Shown: positions 38,553-47,786 of the stretch, in pieces | Layout of the letters: each line of letters starts with the position of its first letter | Position numbering within the stretch: the first letter of the stretch is position 1 | Source of the DNA: Chloroflexota bacterium | GTDB lineage: Bacteria > Chloroflexota > Anaerolineae > Anaerolineales > UBA11858 | Assembly: GCA_039714275.1 (NCBI GenBank) | Contig: JBDLJO010000002.1 | Location: 1-58,946, forward strand | DNA: 58,946 bases | Reading direction: 5' to 3' | Translations under genes and position numbers: made by a program | Notes under the pieces: model-generated | Database searches by the model: none | What the model was told of the DNA's origin: nothing | The model's input: the letters and a program-made list of their open reading frames with translations, nothing else

Positions 38553-40862
38553 TTATACATCATCAGGAATGACTCCATCCCGTAAAAATTGCTCTTCACA
38601 ATCTTTACAGGTAACATAATGTTTGTTTTCTGAAATAAGCAATCCTTGACACTTCGGGCAAGGGGTGGACAGGGGCAATTTCCATGATGAGAATTCACAA
38701 GTTGGGTAGTTCTCACAACCATAGAACACCCTACCACGACGAGTTTTCCGCTGCACTAATTCCCCGCCATCATCGGGGCACTTAACACCAATCTTTTCAA
38801 GCAAGGGTTCTGTATAACGACATTCTGGGAAGTTACTACATCCAATGAACTTGCCGTGTCGTCCCCAGCGAATAACTAATCCCTGACCGCAATCTGGACA
38901 ATCGCGCCCTATTGGTTCTGGGCCGGTATTTAGGTCGGGCATGTTTACTTTGGCAAGCTCCAATGTCTTTGAAAAGGGTCCATAAAAATCTCGGATGATT
39001 TCAACCCAGGTTAAATCTCCAGAGGCAACTTGATCTAAACTAGCTTCCATTTTAGCTGTAAAGTTCGTATCGACGATATCCGGGAAATGGTCCACAAGCA
39101 AATCATTGACCGTAATACCTGTTTCTGTCGGGAACAAGCGGCGCTTCTCACGGAAAATGTAGTTACGATTTTGCAGCGTTGAAAGTGTTGGAGCGTAGGT
39201 AGAAGGGCGACCGATGCCATTTTCTTCCAGCGCACGAACCAGAGATGCATCAGAATAGCGGGGCGGCGGTTGTGTAAAATGCTGTTCAGGTAATAAGCGA
39301 ATCAAATCGAGCAAATTCCCAACACTTAGGTCGGTAGGAACCGGCATTTTTTCTTTCTTATCTTTTTCTTTCAAGTCTTTATAGACAACCAAAAATCCAG
39401 GGAATCGAATTGTTGAACCTGAAGCGCGCAGCAAGTAGTTGTGCTGGCTCCCTTTGGCATCAATTTCAATGGATATCGTATCGAAGACAGCTTTTTCCAT
39501 TTGGGAGGCGACAAAACGCTGCCAAATCAACTGATAAAGACGATATTGGTCGCGAGTCAAAAACTGTTTGACAGCTTTTGGCGTACGCAATACAGACGTT
39601 GGCCGCACTGCTTCGTGGGCTTCCTGAGCTCCCCGCGCTTTAGTTTTGTAATAAGGAGGTTTCTCCGGCACATAACTGTCCCCGTACGAAGAGGCAACAA
39701 AAGAGCGGACCTCTTTCTGAGCAACCTTGGAAATATTAGTTGAATCGGTTCGCATATAGGTAATCAAGCCCGTTTCGCCACCATTACCTACATCAACACC
39801 TTCATAAAGCTGTTGGGCTATGCGCATCGTGCGCCGGGCAGTAAATTTCAAACGGCGGGAAGCTGACTGCTGCATGGTACTGGTGATAAAAGGTGCTTGA
39901 GGTTTGCGATGGCGGGTACCAACTTTGGCTTTGCTGACCTGATATTTTGCCTTTTCCATATCTACCAAAATAGGGTCAACATCGATTTTTTTCTTGAGCG
40001 GTAATTTCTCACCATCTACACGAGCAAGCTTAGCAACGAAGGTTCGATTATCACTTTCTGGCGTCAATTCTGCTTCGATACTCCAATACTCTTCAGGGAT
40101 AAAAGCATCAATTTCTCGTTCACGATCGACTATTAACCGCAAGGCTACCGATTGGACACGCCCCGCGGAAAGGCGACCGCGCACTTTTTTCCACAACAGA
40201 GGGCTAATGCTGTATCCCACCAAACGATCTAAAATCCGGCGGCCTTGCTGCGCATTGACGAGATCCATATCCATTTCTCGGGGCTGCGCAAAAGCTTCTT
40301 CAATAGCCGGACGCGTTATCTCATGAAATATCACTCGTTGGGTGCGCTCAGGTTCCATCTCCGCAGATTCGAGTAAATGCCAGGCAATGGCTTCACCCTC
40401 GCGGTCGAGGTCAGTAGCTAAATAAATTTCTTCGGCTTTAGCAGCCAAAGCCTTGATTTCTTTAACAATGGGTCGCTTATCATTGGGGACGCGATATTTT
40501 GGCTGAAAATCATTTTCAACATCTACCGATAATTGGGATCTGAGCAAATCGCGGACATGGCCAACAGATGCTTTAACCTTATAACCCTTGCCCAAAAAAC
40601 GTCCTACCGTGCGCGCTTTGGCTGGAGATTCAACAATCACTAGCTTGCCAGATCGTTTTACCTCTTTCTTTTTACGACGCCGCGCGACTGCGTCTTTGGG
40701 CGGTTCCATACCTTCATGAGCATCTGTCCTACCCATACGAAACACCTTTGTGCCGCAAACAGAACATTCACCTCGGGTGGCCGGGGTCCCGGTAGAAGTA
40801 AAAACGGCCTGGGCATCTTTTATCTCCTGCTTTTCTTTACACTTTACACAATAAGCTTGCAT
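38553..40862 (-). CDS. topA: DNA topoisomerase I with an extra N-terminal C4 zinc ribbon
   Basis: 769 aa. Toprim KLVIVESPAKARTVGRFLG, active-site region GLITYMRTDS, and C-terminal CPDCG...CSNFPEC and CPKCQ...CKDCEE fingers. The N-terminal 45 aa carry CVKC...CSVC. Confidence 0.95.
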   Translation of the reverse strand: MQAYCVKCKEKQEIKDAQAVFTSTGTPATRGECSVCGTKVFRMGRTDAHEGMEPPKDAVARRRKKKEVKRSGKLVIVESPAKARTVGRFLGKGYKVKASVGHVRDLLRSQLSVDVENDFQPKYRVPNDKRPIVKEIKALAAKAEEIYLATDLDREGEAIAWHLLESAEMEPERTQRVIFHEITRPAIEEAFAQPREMDMDLVNAQQGRRILDRLVGYSISPLLWKKVRGRLSAGRVQSVALRLIVDREREIDAFIPEEYWSIEAELTPESDNRTFVAKLARVDGEKLPLKKKIDVDPILVDMEKAKYQVSKAKVGTRHRKPQAPFITSTMQQSASRRLKFTARRTMRIAQQLYEGVDVGNGGETGLITYMRTDSTNISKVAQKEVRSFVASSYGDSYVPEKPPYYKTKARGAQEAHEAVRPTSVLRTPKAVKQFLTRDQYRLYQLIWQRFVASQMEKAVFDTISIEIDAKGSQHNYLLRASGSTIRFPGFLVVYKDLKEKDKKEKMPVPTDLSVGNLLDLIRLLPEQHFTQPPPRYSDASLVRALEENGIGRPSTYAPTLSTLQNRNYIFREKRRLFPTETGITVNDLLVDHFPDIVDTNFTAKMEASLDQVASGDLTWVEIIRDFYGPFSKTLELAKVNMPDLNTGPEPIGRDCPDCGQGLVIRWGRHGKFIGCSNFPECRYTEPLLEKIGVKCPDDGGELVQRKTRRGRVFYGCENYPTCEFSSWKLPLSTPCPKCQGLLISENKHYVTCKDCEEQFLRDGVIPDDV

Positions 40863-40893
40863 ACAAAAAACTCCACATAACAGCTCTTATTAA

Positions 40894-41979
40894 CTATAAA
40901 AATTTACTTCCAGGTTTTAATTGATTGACAATTTTACGGACATGCTGGGCTTGGTCTACCTTCGTCACAAGCAGTACATCACCGGTATCAACAATGATCA
41001 AATCATCAACACCCAGGGTGACGACTAAACGATCAGACGTGTTTTTATAAACCAAAGTATGGTTTGTGTCCAATGCAATATATCCATCACCTTCGAAAAT
41101 ATTACCATGTTCATCCGTCGGGAGGACATCGAAAAGTGCGTCCCAACTGCCAACATCATGCCAGCCTAAGCCTTTTGCCGGAATAATGACGACATCACCG
41201 GCGTTTTCCATAACACCATAGTCAATGGTCTCCGGCTCAATGGTCGGCCAAACCCCTTGAATTATGGTCTGGACATCGGGTTGATCCCATGAAGCTGAAA
41301 TTTGATTTAACTTTGCTTCCAGGTCCGGCATTTGATGAGTAATTTCATCCAGAATGCGAGATACCCGCCAAACAAACATGCCTGAGTTCCAATCGAAATC
41401 ACCACTAGAAAGCATTTCCTGAGCTTTAGAAAGATCAGGTTTTTCAATAAAATGCATAACTCGATAGATATCTAAATCGCGGTGGCGGTTAACCTGTTCA
41501 GCACGTTGAATATAGCCGTAGCCCGTTGCCGGATGCGTGGGTTCAATTCCCAGGGTAACAAGGTGATCCTGCTGAGCAGCATCATGCGCCGCCAACAGCA
41601 GTTCATGAAAAACATGTTCATGTTTAAAAATATGATCTGCGGTGAGCACCGCCATGACGGCCTTGGGATCACGAGCTTGCAGCGCTACGGCAGCTAATCC
41701 AACAACCGATGCAGTGCCGCGTGGCATAGGTTCAATGAGGAAGTTTTCAACCGGGATTTCAGGGCATTGATTTTGAAGTTCTGCGGCCTGATCAGCTATG
41801 GTAACAACAAAGATTCGTTCGGGTGGAAATACTGCATCTAAACGTGCAACTGCAATTTGAAAAAGGGAGCGCTCCCCAACGAGTGGCAGCATTTGCTTCG
41901 GGCTTTCTTTGCGAGAAAGCGGCCACAAACGCGTTCCACCTCCCCCGGCCATGATAACTGCGTAATAATGTTCAGTCAT
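40894..41979 (-). CDS. Mannose-1-phosphate guanylyltransferase (GDP-mannose pyrophosphorylase)
   Basis: 361 aa. AVIMAGGGGTRLWPLSRKESPKQ nucleotidyltransferase signature. Confidence 0.85.
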   Translation of the reverse strand: MTEHYYAVIMAGGGGTRLWPLSRKESPKQMLPLVGERSLFQIAVARLDAVFPPERIFVVTIADQAAELQNQCPEIPVENFLIEPMPRGTASVVGLAAVALQARDPKAVMAVLTADHIFKHEHVFHELLLAAHDAAQQDHLVTLGIEPTHPATGYGYIQRAEQVNRHRDLDIYRVMHFIEKPDLSKAQEMLSSGDFDWNSGMFVWRVSRILDEITHQMPDLEAKLNQISASWDQPDVQTIIQGVWPTIEPETIDYGVMENAGDVVIIPAKGLGWHDVGSWDALFDVLPTDEHGNIFEGDGYIALDTNHTLVYKNTSDRLVVTLGVDDLIIVDTGDVLLVTKVDQAQHVRKIVNQLKPGSKFL

Positions 41980-41993
41980 TCTTCACCTAATTG

Positions 41994-43109
41994 TCAATGA
42001 TCTCCAACATAATCTGCATCTAATTCACGAACGGCTAAATAACGCATACCACCAACCTGCCTAACCATACCCTTAAGTTCCATAATAGCCAAGGTAGAAG
42101 TCACCTGCTCAATGGGCATATTTGAACGGGCACGGATTTCATCAACATGAACAGGTTCTAAATCTAAAATTTCAAATAACTGCGCTTCAAGCGCATTGCC
42201 AGGTATTGCAACACGTGCAGTTCGATGCTCAGTAATCATGGTCATCTCAAGCACTTCCAAAATTTCTTTTGGATCAAGAAGTGGATGGGCACCATCGCGG
42301 ATCAAACGGTTAGGACCTTTGCTCTGCGGAGCCGTTACATGCCCGGGCACAGCAAAAACATCACGTCCCTGCTCTGCAGCAAAATTTGCTGTGATCAACG
42401 CGCCGCTTCTTAGGCCAGCCTCAACAACCACCGTTGCCATTGACAAGCCAGAAATGATGCGATTTCGCGGCGGGAAGTTAAATGCCTCTGGCGGGGTACC
42501 TAAGGGATAATCACTAATGATGGCGCCATTGGCAATAATTCGCTGCGCCAAATCCCGGTGTTCAGGTGGGTAGATTCGATCTACGCCGCTGCCCAAGACA
42601 GCAATCGTGCGCCCACCCGAATCAAGAGCTGACTGGTGGGCAACAGCATCAATGCCACGTGCTAAGCCGCTAACAATAGTTACGCCGCTTTGAGCTAGCG
42701 TTCGAGCCGTTTCATCCGTAACCTGACGTCCGTAAGATGTTGCTCGACGGGTACCAACAATGGCAACAGCCCAGGCATCAGCAGCAACCAAAGTACCCCG
42801 AATATACAGCACTGGAGGTGCGTTGGTAAATTCCCGAAGACGCTCAGGATAATGATCATCATCCCAGGTGAGAACCTGAATGTCATCCGATTGAATTTGT
42901 TCCCAAATTTGATCAAGGGAAATATCGGCTCGCAATTGCACCAAGTTCTGAACAATTTTCTGACTCAATCCGGATGCTCGTAATGCTTCTGCTGAAGCAC
43001 CCCATGCTGTTTGAACATCACCAAAAACATCCAGTAAAGCCCGCAGCCGGACTGCACCAATGCCTTTAACTAAATTAAGTCCAATCCAATACAGCCGGGA
43101 ATCACTCAT
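41994..43109 (-). CDS. dprA: DNA-processing protein DprA
   Basis: GLARGIDAVAHQSAL and Rossmann-like core motifs. ATG 43109 is preferred over TTG 43127. Confidence 0.85.
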   Translation of the reverse strand: MSDSRLYWIGLNLVKGIGAVRLRALLDVFGDVQTAWGASAEALRASGLSQKIVQNLVQLRADISLDQIWEQIQSDDIQVLTWDDDHYPERLREFTNAPPVLYIRGTLVAADAWAVAIVGTRRATSYGRQVTDETARTLAQSGVTIVSGLARGIDAVAHQSALDSGGRTIAVLGSGVDRIYPPEHRDLAQRIIANGAIISDYPLGTPPEAFNFPPRNRIISGLSMATVVVEAGLRSGALITANFAAEQGRDVFAVPGHVTAPQSKGPNRLIRDGAHPLLDPKEILEVLEMTMITEHRTARVAIPGNALEAQLFEILDLEPVHVDEIRARSNMPIEQVTSTLAIMELKGMVRQVGGMRYLAVRELDADYVGDH

Positions 43110-43235
43110 AACCAGCCCCCACAACAAGGAAATAAATCAAAAAATATTTCTGGGGTAATACTTCGATATTATCAGACAAACAGCATAAACGTGCATCAGA
43201 ATACCATACCGCTTTCTGAAATGTCAAGATAATAA

Positions 43236-43808
43236 TCAGCTATCAGGCAATAAACCCGGCAGCAGCTTAACAAAAATCTCTTTAGCTTCGATATCGGTCT
43301 TTAATATCACCGAATCAATGGCTGGTATGAGCAGCTCCTGACCATCTTCTGCACGAACAAGGTAAACATCGTTAGCACCAGTCTCAATGATTTCGGTTAA
43401 TGTTCCTAAAAAGGAGTCATCTTCATCTAGGATAACACGCATTCCTAACAGCTGATGTTGATATACTTCCCCTTCAGGAAGGGGTGGACGATCATCAGCT
43501 CGAACCATGATCAATTGGTTGCGAAAGATACCAGCCTGATCACGGTCTAGAATGCCTTCAAAAGCAATTAACATATCCTGTCGATGCCAACGAATACTGC
43601 GAATGGTATACAGGTCATGGTTTACGCCAATATTGATCGACACACCGGGCTGCAAACGCTCAGGGAAATCCGTCCAGACCGACATGAGGACTTCGCCACG
43701 CAGCCCATGAGGGCGGCGTAGTTTTCCAACAACTAAGAATTCAGGCTCGCTAAATGAAAGCGAGCCTGAATTTTTTTTCTTTGAAAACGATCTTTTTTCA
43801 GAAGTCAT
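43236..43808 (-). CDS. rimM: 16S rRNA processing protein RimM
   Basis: 190 aa. VGKLRRPHGLRGEV. ATGA overlap with the upstream KH gene. Confidence 0.85.
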   Translation of the reverse strand: MTSEKRSFSKKKNSGSLSFSEPEFLVVGKLRRPHGLRGEVLMSVWTDFPERLQPGVSINIGVNHDLYTIRSIRWHRQDMLIAFEGILDRDQAGIFRNQLIMVRADDRPPLPEGEVYQHQLLGMRVILDEDDSFLGTLTEIIETGANDVYLVRAEDGQELLIPAIDSVILKTDIEAKEIFVKLLPGLLPDS

Positions 43809-44041
43809 TCTTGATCTAGGATATCCAGCGAAGCACGCTTGCCTTCACGAGCAGCGGCAACACGCAAGAGGTCGCGCATTGCATTTGCTACGCGCCCTCC
43901 TTTGCCAATAACGCGGCCCATATCTTCTTGGGCAACGCGCAGATGGATATATACTTTTGAACCATGCCCTTTTTGATCAACGCGCACTTCCATTGGATCA
44001 TTTACCAGCGAACGGGCAATATATTCGATTAAATCTTTCAA
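43805..44041 (-). CDS. KH-domain RNA-binding protein (YlqC/UPF0109)
   Basis: 78 aa. VIGKGGRVANAMRDLL GXXG loop, in the conserved position between rpsP and rimM. Confidence 0.85.
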   Translation of the reverse strand: MKDLIEYIARSLVNDPMEVRVDQKGHGSKVYIHLRVAQEDMGRVIGKGGRVANAMRDLLRVAAAREGKRASLDILDQE

Positions 44042-44126
44042 CTCTTACCTCCTGATATCTTAACCACCCGGAATTCTTGGAAATTAAGACAAGTAAGAAC
44101 CTGGTTTTCAATTCAAAAAACCAAGC

Positions 44127-44678
44127 TTAGGCTTCAGATTCTTCTGATTCTGAACTTTCTTCAGCAGGTTCTTCTGTAGATTCTTCTGTTGATTCTTCAG
44201 CTGCATCTTCAACTGGTTCTTCAGCAAGCTCTTCTGCTGGTTCTTCAGTTGATTCTTCAGCAACTTCTTCAACTGGCTCTTCTGCCAGTTCTTCTGCCGG
44301 TTCTTCTGCTTTCTTAGGAGCAGCGGATTTTAAATCATCCCGGCGAGTACGAGGATCAACATTACGGGCTTCCAAAACTGCAGCAGCTTCCGCTTCCAAG
44401 ACAGCAACATCTTCACCAGCTTTGAAACGCTCGTAACGTTCTGTCAGGCCAACCTGTTTGAAGAGCTTGGATACGGAATCGGAAGGCTGTGCGCCAACAC
44501 TCAACCAGTAATAAACACGGGCTTCTTCAAATTGGATGGTAGAGGGCTCGGTGCGGGGATTATAAATTCCCAAATTTTCCAGAAAACGTCCATCACGGGG
44601 GCTTTCTTTATCGGCTGCTACTACTCGGTAACTGGGCTGCTTTTTTGCGCCAACACGGCGCAGTCTGATACGAACCAT
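44127..44678 (-). CDS. rpsP: 30S ribosomal protein S16 with a roughly 100-aa acidic C-terminal extension
   Basis: MVRIRLRRVGAKKQPSYRVVAAD... core. The tail reads EEPAEELAEEPVEEVAEESTEEPAEELAEEPVEDAAEESTEESTEEPAEESSESEESEA. Confidence 0.9.
   Translation of the reverse strand: MVRIRLRRVGAKKQPSYRVVAADKESPRDGRFLENLGIYNPRTEPSTIQFEEARVYYWLSVGAQPSDSVSKLFKQVGLTERYERFKAGEDVAVLEAEAAAVLEARNVDPRTRRDDLKSAAPKKAEEPAEELAEEPVEEVAEESTEEPAEELAEEPVEDAAEESTEESTEEPAEESSESEESEA
44188..44307 (-). repeat. Imperfect 60-bp tandem duplication inside the rpsP tail
   Basis: 44188-44247 and 44248-44307 align base-for-base with a few substitutions. They encode the two 20-aa (EEPAEELAEEPVE.(A/V)AEEST)-type units. Confidence 0.8.
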
Positions 44679-44787
44679 GATCTGTCTCCTTCAGTACAGA
44701 TGATCTTCTTTATAAAATATGTACCACCAAAAATCCAAGCGTGAGGTGCATCGAAGGGGATGCAGAAGTAGTTTGAATTTTTGACGA

Positions 44788-46110
44788 TTAACTAAACATA
44801 GCTGGGAGGTTGCGCATGCCTGATTTACGTAAAGTCTTAAATACACGACGCATATCCCGGTACTGCTTCAATAAACGATTAACCTCTTGAACTTCAGTCC
44901 CGGAACCAAGAGCAATACGACGCTTTCGTCGGGCGTTCAAGATTTTTGGTTTCTGGCGCTCTTGAGGGGTCATGGAACTCAAGATAGCTTCGGTACGCTT
45001 AAATTGACGTTCGGCATCACTCGGGTCAACAGCGCGGGCGGCCTTGCCCATATTGCCAGGGAGCATGTCCATGATCTGTCCAATGGGGCCCATTTTACGA
45101 ACCTGCCCTAACTGCTCGGCAAAGTCTTCAAGGGTGAACTCGCCAGAAAGCATACGCTCGGCCTGCTGCTGCGCATCTTCCATATCCATAGCGGTTTCAG
45201 CGCGCTCAATCAGGCCAATCATATCACCCATTCCCAAAATACGGGAAGCTAGGCGATCCGGGTCGAAGGCTTCTAAATCGCTTAAACCTTCGCCGGTGCC
45301 CAAGAATTTAATGGGCAAACCGGTTACCGAACGAATGGAAATGGCAGCGCCGCCACGAGCATCACCGTCCATCTTCGATAAGACTAACCCTGTCAGCGGA
45401 ACCACTGTGCTAAATCCCTGAGCGATATTGACTGCTTCTTGTCCAATCATGGCATCAACAACAAGCAGCGTTTCAGCAAGTTCCACTTTGGAAGCCAAGG
45501 CTCGCAGTTCATCCATCAGCTGGTCATCCAACTGCGAACGGCCAGCAGTATCTAAAATGACAACCGTGAATCCACCGCGCTGAGCTTTTTTATAAGCTTG
45601 TTGGGCTAATTGCGGAGGTGATAAATTGGGATCGGTAAATACTTCCACCTGTAAACTCTGACCCAAGGTCTGCAATTGCTGCACAGCCGCTGGTCGATAG
45701 GGGTCAGCCGCGACCAAAAGGACGCGCTCACCCTGACTCCGTAAAAGACGGGCCAGTTTACCAGCCGCGGTTGTTTTACCAGAGCCTTGTAAACCGGTCA
45801 ACATAATTATACGCGGTTTTGGGCCGCGCAAATCCATAGCAACTGGTTCTCCAAGAGTGGCAATTAGCGATTCATGGACAATCTTGACAACTTGCTGTCC
45901 AGGAACAAGCGCACGTGAAACTTCATGACCAACAGCACGCTCACGAACCTGCGCCACAAAATCTTGGACAACCTTAAAATGAACATCGGCTTCAAGTAAA
46001 GCCAAGCGCACTTCGCGCATCGCGGCATCAACATCGCGCTCAGAGAGCTTACCGCGACGGCGCAGGTTATCAAATATATGATTGAGGCGTTGAGTCAAAT
46101 TATCAAACAT
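44788..46110 (-). CDS. ffh: Signal recognition particle protein Ffh
   Basis: 440 aa. GLQGSGKTTAAGKLA, DTAGR, and a Met-rich M domain. Confidence 0.95.
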   Translation of the reverse strand: MFDNLTQRLNHIFDNLRRRGKLSERDVDAAMREVRLALLEADVHFKVVQDFVAQVRERAVGHEVSRALVPGQQVVKIVHESLIATLGEPVAMDLRGPKPRIIMLTGLQGSGKTTAAGKLARLLRSQGERVLLVAADPYRPAAVQQLQTLGQSLQVEVFTDPNLSPPQLAQQAYKKAQRGGFTVVILDTAGRSQLDDQLMDELRALASKVELAETLLVVDAMIGQEAVNIAQGFSTVVPLTGLVLSKMDGDARGGAAISIRSVTGLPIKFLGTGEGLSDLEAFDPDRLASRILGMGDMIGLIERAETAMDMEDAQQQAERMLSGEFTLEDFAEQLGQVRKMGPIGQIMDMLPGNMGKAARAVDPSDAERQFKRTEAILSSMTPQERQKPKILNARRKRRIALGSGTEVQEVNRLLKQYRDMRRVFKTLRKSGMRNLPAMFS

Positions 46111-46155
46111 AAGTCACGTTAAAATAGCGGCTCTAAGGTTCAGCCGCAAAGCTGG

Positions 46156-46184
46156 ATTTTAGCTTGGAAGGAGGGAACGGTCAA
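46156..46184 (-). promoter_or_regulatory. Promoter candidate for ffh
   Basis: The minus strand reads TTGACC-N17-TAAAAT. Confidence 0.5.
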
Positions 46185-46200
46185 GGGAAAGCTGAAAACA

Positions 46201-46229
46201 TTGCACCGGCATAATACCTATGGTAAAAT
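46201..46229 (+). promoter_or_regulatory. Promoter candidate for the tRNA cluster
   Basis: TTGCAC-N17-TAAAAT, about 40 nt upstream of the first tRNA. Confidence 0.5.
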
Positions 46230-46268
46230 GCATGCCGCTCGGGAGGGGTTCCCCGCCTGACGATTTAT

Positions 46269-46358
<90 letters not shown>

Positions 46359-46405
46359 TGTATCCATGAATATTTTCTTCATTGGGTACGCTTAAAAATT
46401 GAATT

Positions 46406-46494
46406 GGGGAGGTGCCAGAGTGGCTGATTGGGGCCGCCTGCTAAGCGGTTGTCGGGGTAAAACTCGACCGCGGGTTCGAATCCCGCCTTCCCCG
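46406..46494 (+). tRNA. tRNA-Ser (anticodon GCT)
   Basis: Acceptor GGGGAGG/CTTCCCC, anticodon loop CTGCTAA, long variable arm, and T-arm GCGGG-TTCGAAT-CCCGC. Confidence 0.9.
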
Positions 46495-46518
46495 CCTGAT
46501 CAGAATAAAACCTGATAT

Positions 46519-46594
46519 GCTCTCGTAGCTCAGTGGATAGAGCACTTGGTTGCGGACTAAGGGGTCGCGCGTTCGAGTCGCGCCGAGAGCGCCA
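46519..46594 (+). tRNA. tRNA-Arg (anticodon GCG by my fold)
   Basis: Acceptor GCTCTCG/CGAGAGC, D-arm GCTC-AGTGGATA-GAGC, anticodon stem CTTGG/CTAAG with loop TTGCGGA, T-arm GCGCG-TTCGAGT-CGCGC, and an encoded CCA. Confidence 0.85.
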
Positions 46595-46596
46595 GT

Positions 46597-46625
46597 AAGA
46601 GCGGGAAATTTCCCGCTCTTTTTTG
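46597..46625 (+). terminator. Intrinsic terminator after the tRNA cluster
   Basis: AAGAGCGGGA-AATT-TCCCGCTCTT followed by TTTT. Confidence 0.75.
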
Positions 46626-46647
46626 TACCTAAATATCATTATTTTTT

Positions 46648-47781
46648 ATGGCAGATGAACAAGTAATCACAAGCGATATCATCATCGTAGGCGCTGGACC
46701 AGCAGGCTTATCTACAGCGCTGCACCTGATACAACAGGATCCAACCTGGGTCCAACGTATCATCGTGCTAGAAAAAGCCTCTCACCCCCGCCCTAAGCTC
46801 TGTGGGGGCGGTCTAACGCGTTTTGGGCTGCGAATCCTGCATAACCTTGGCTTTACCTTACCCTTGCCCTTACCGCAGGCGGAAGTAGATGAGGTTATTT
46901 TTCGCTATCGGTCTCGGGAATTTCATGTGCGTGGTAAGCCCCAGTTCATCGTTTTTGATCGCACAACACTTGATGATTACTTGGCGAAAGAAGCCAAATA
47001 CCGGGGCCTGCAAATTCATGAGAACGAGGTGGTACATAAACTTGAAGTGAAAGCAGATGGGGTAGCGATCCAAACATCTAAAACAAAGTATCAGGCTCAA
47101 GTCATAATTGGGGCGGATGGTTCAAAGGGTATTACCCGGCGATTGATAAAAAAGAACGATGGTACCAACAACGTAGCCCGGGTATTGGAATCTTTTATCT
47201 CCGCAACTGAAGATGATCCGTTCTTCAAATCCAGACAGGCATTATTCGATTTCAGCTTTACCGGAAAAGATTTACAGGGCTATACCTGGGATTTCCCATC
47301 TTGGGTTGCAGGAAAACCAATTTCTAACCGCGGGATCTATGACAGCAGGGCTTTTGATGCGGGTGCTCGAGCACCATTACCAGCATTGTTGGATGAGTTC
47401 TTAGGGGAGGAAAAAACACACCATCCTTATGAAGGCCATCCCATCCACTGGTTTGACCCCAGGAATATTTTTGGCGCTGAACGAATCATCCTGGTTGGCG
47501 ATGCAGCAGGAGCAGACCCGCTGTTCGGGGAAGGCATTGGCCCGGCACTAGGCTATGGTACGATAGCAGCAAAAGTAATCCAAGATGCCTTTACTATTAA
47601 TCAATTTAGCTTTAAAAATTACCGACACAGGGTATTTCTCTCCCCTGTGGGACACTACCTGCTCTTACGATGGATGGGGGCAAAGATTGTTTACCGTTTC
47701 AGCACCCACAGGCCAGTGATGAATTTCCTATGGTATGTGGGCAAGATCGTAAGCACAATTTGGAAAAGTGGAAAAATATAA
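46648..47781 (+). CDS. FAD-dependent oxidoreductase, geranylgeranyl reductase family
   Basis: 377 aa. DIIIVGAGPAGLSTA dinucleotide fold, PKLCGGGLT and LVGDAAGADPLFGEGI motifs. Confidence 0.7.
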   Translation: MADEQVITSDIIIVGAGPAGLSTALHLIQQDPTWVQRIIVLEKASHPRPKLCGGGLTRFGLRILHNLGFTLPLPLPQAEVDEVIFRYRSREFHVRGKPQFIVFDRTTLDDYLAKEAKYRGLQIHENEVVHKLEVKADGVAIQTSKTKYQAQVIIGADGSKGITRRLIKKNDGTNNVARVLESFISATEDDPFFKSRQALFDFSFTGKDLQGYTWDFPSWVAGKPISNRGIYDSRAFDAGARAPLPALLDEFLGEEKTHHPYEGHPIHWFDPRNIFGAERIILVGDAAGADPLFGEGIGPALGYGTIAAKVIQDAFTINQFSFKNYRHRVFLSPVGHYLLLRWMGAKIVYRFSTHRPVMNFLWYVGKIVSTIWKSGKI

Positions 47782-47786
47782 TAATC

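Noticed and set aside
44127-44330. Short periodic repeats (TTCTTC-type) that might look like a CRISPR or satellite array.
   Set aside because: They lie in-frame inside rpsP and encode Glu-rich units. There is no repeat-spacer architecture and there are no cas genes.
46379-46639. 86-aa minus-strand ORF.
   Set aside because: It lies entirely antisense to two tRNA genes and their terminator.
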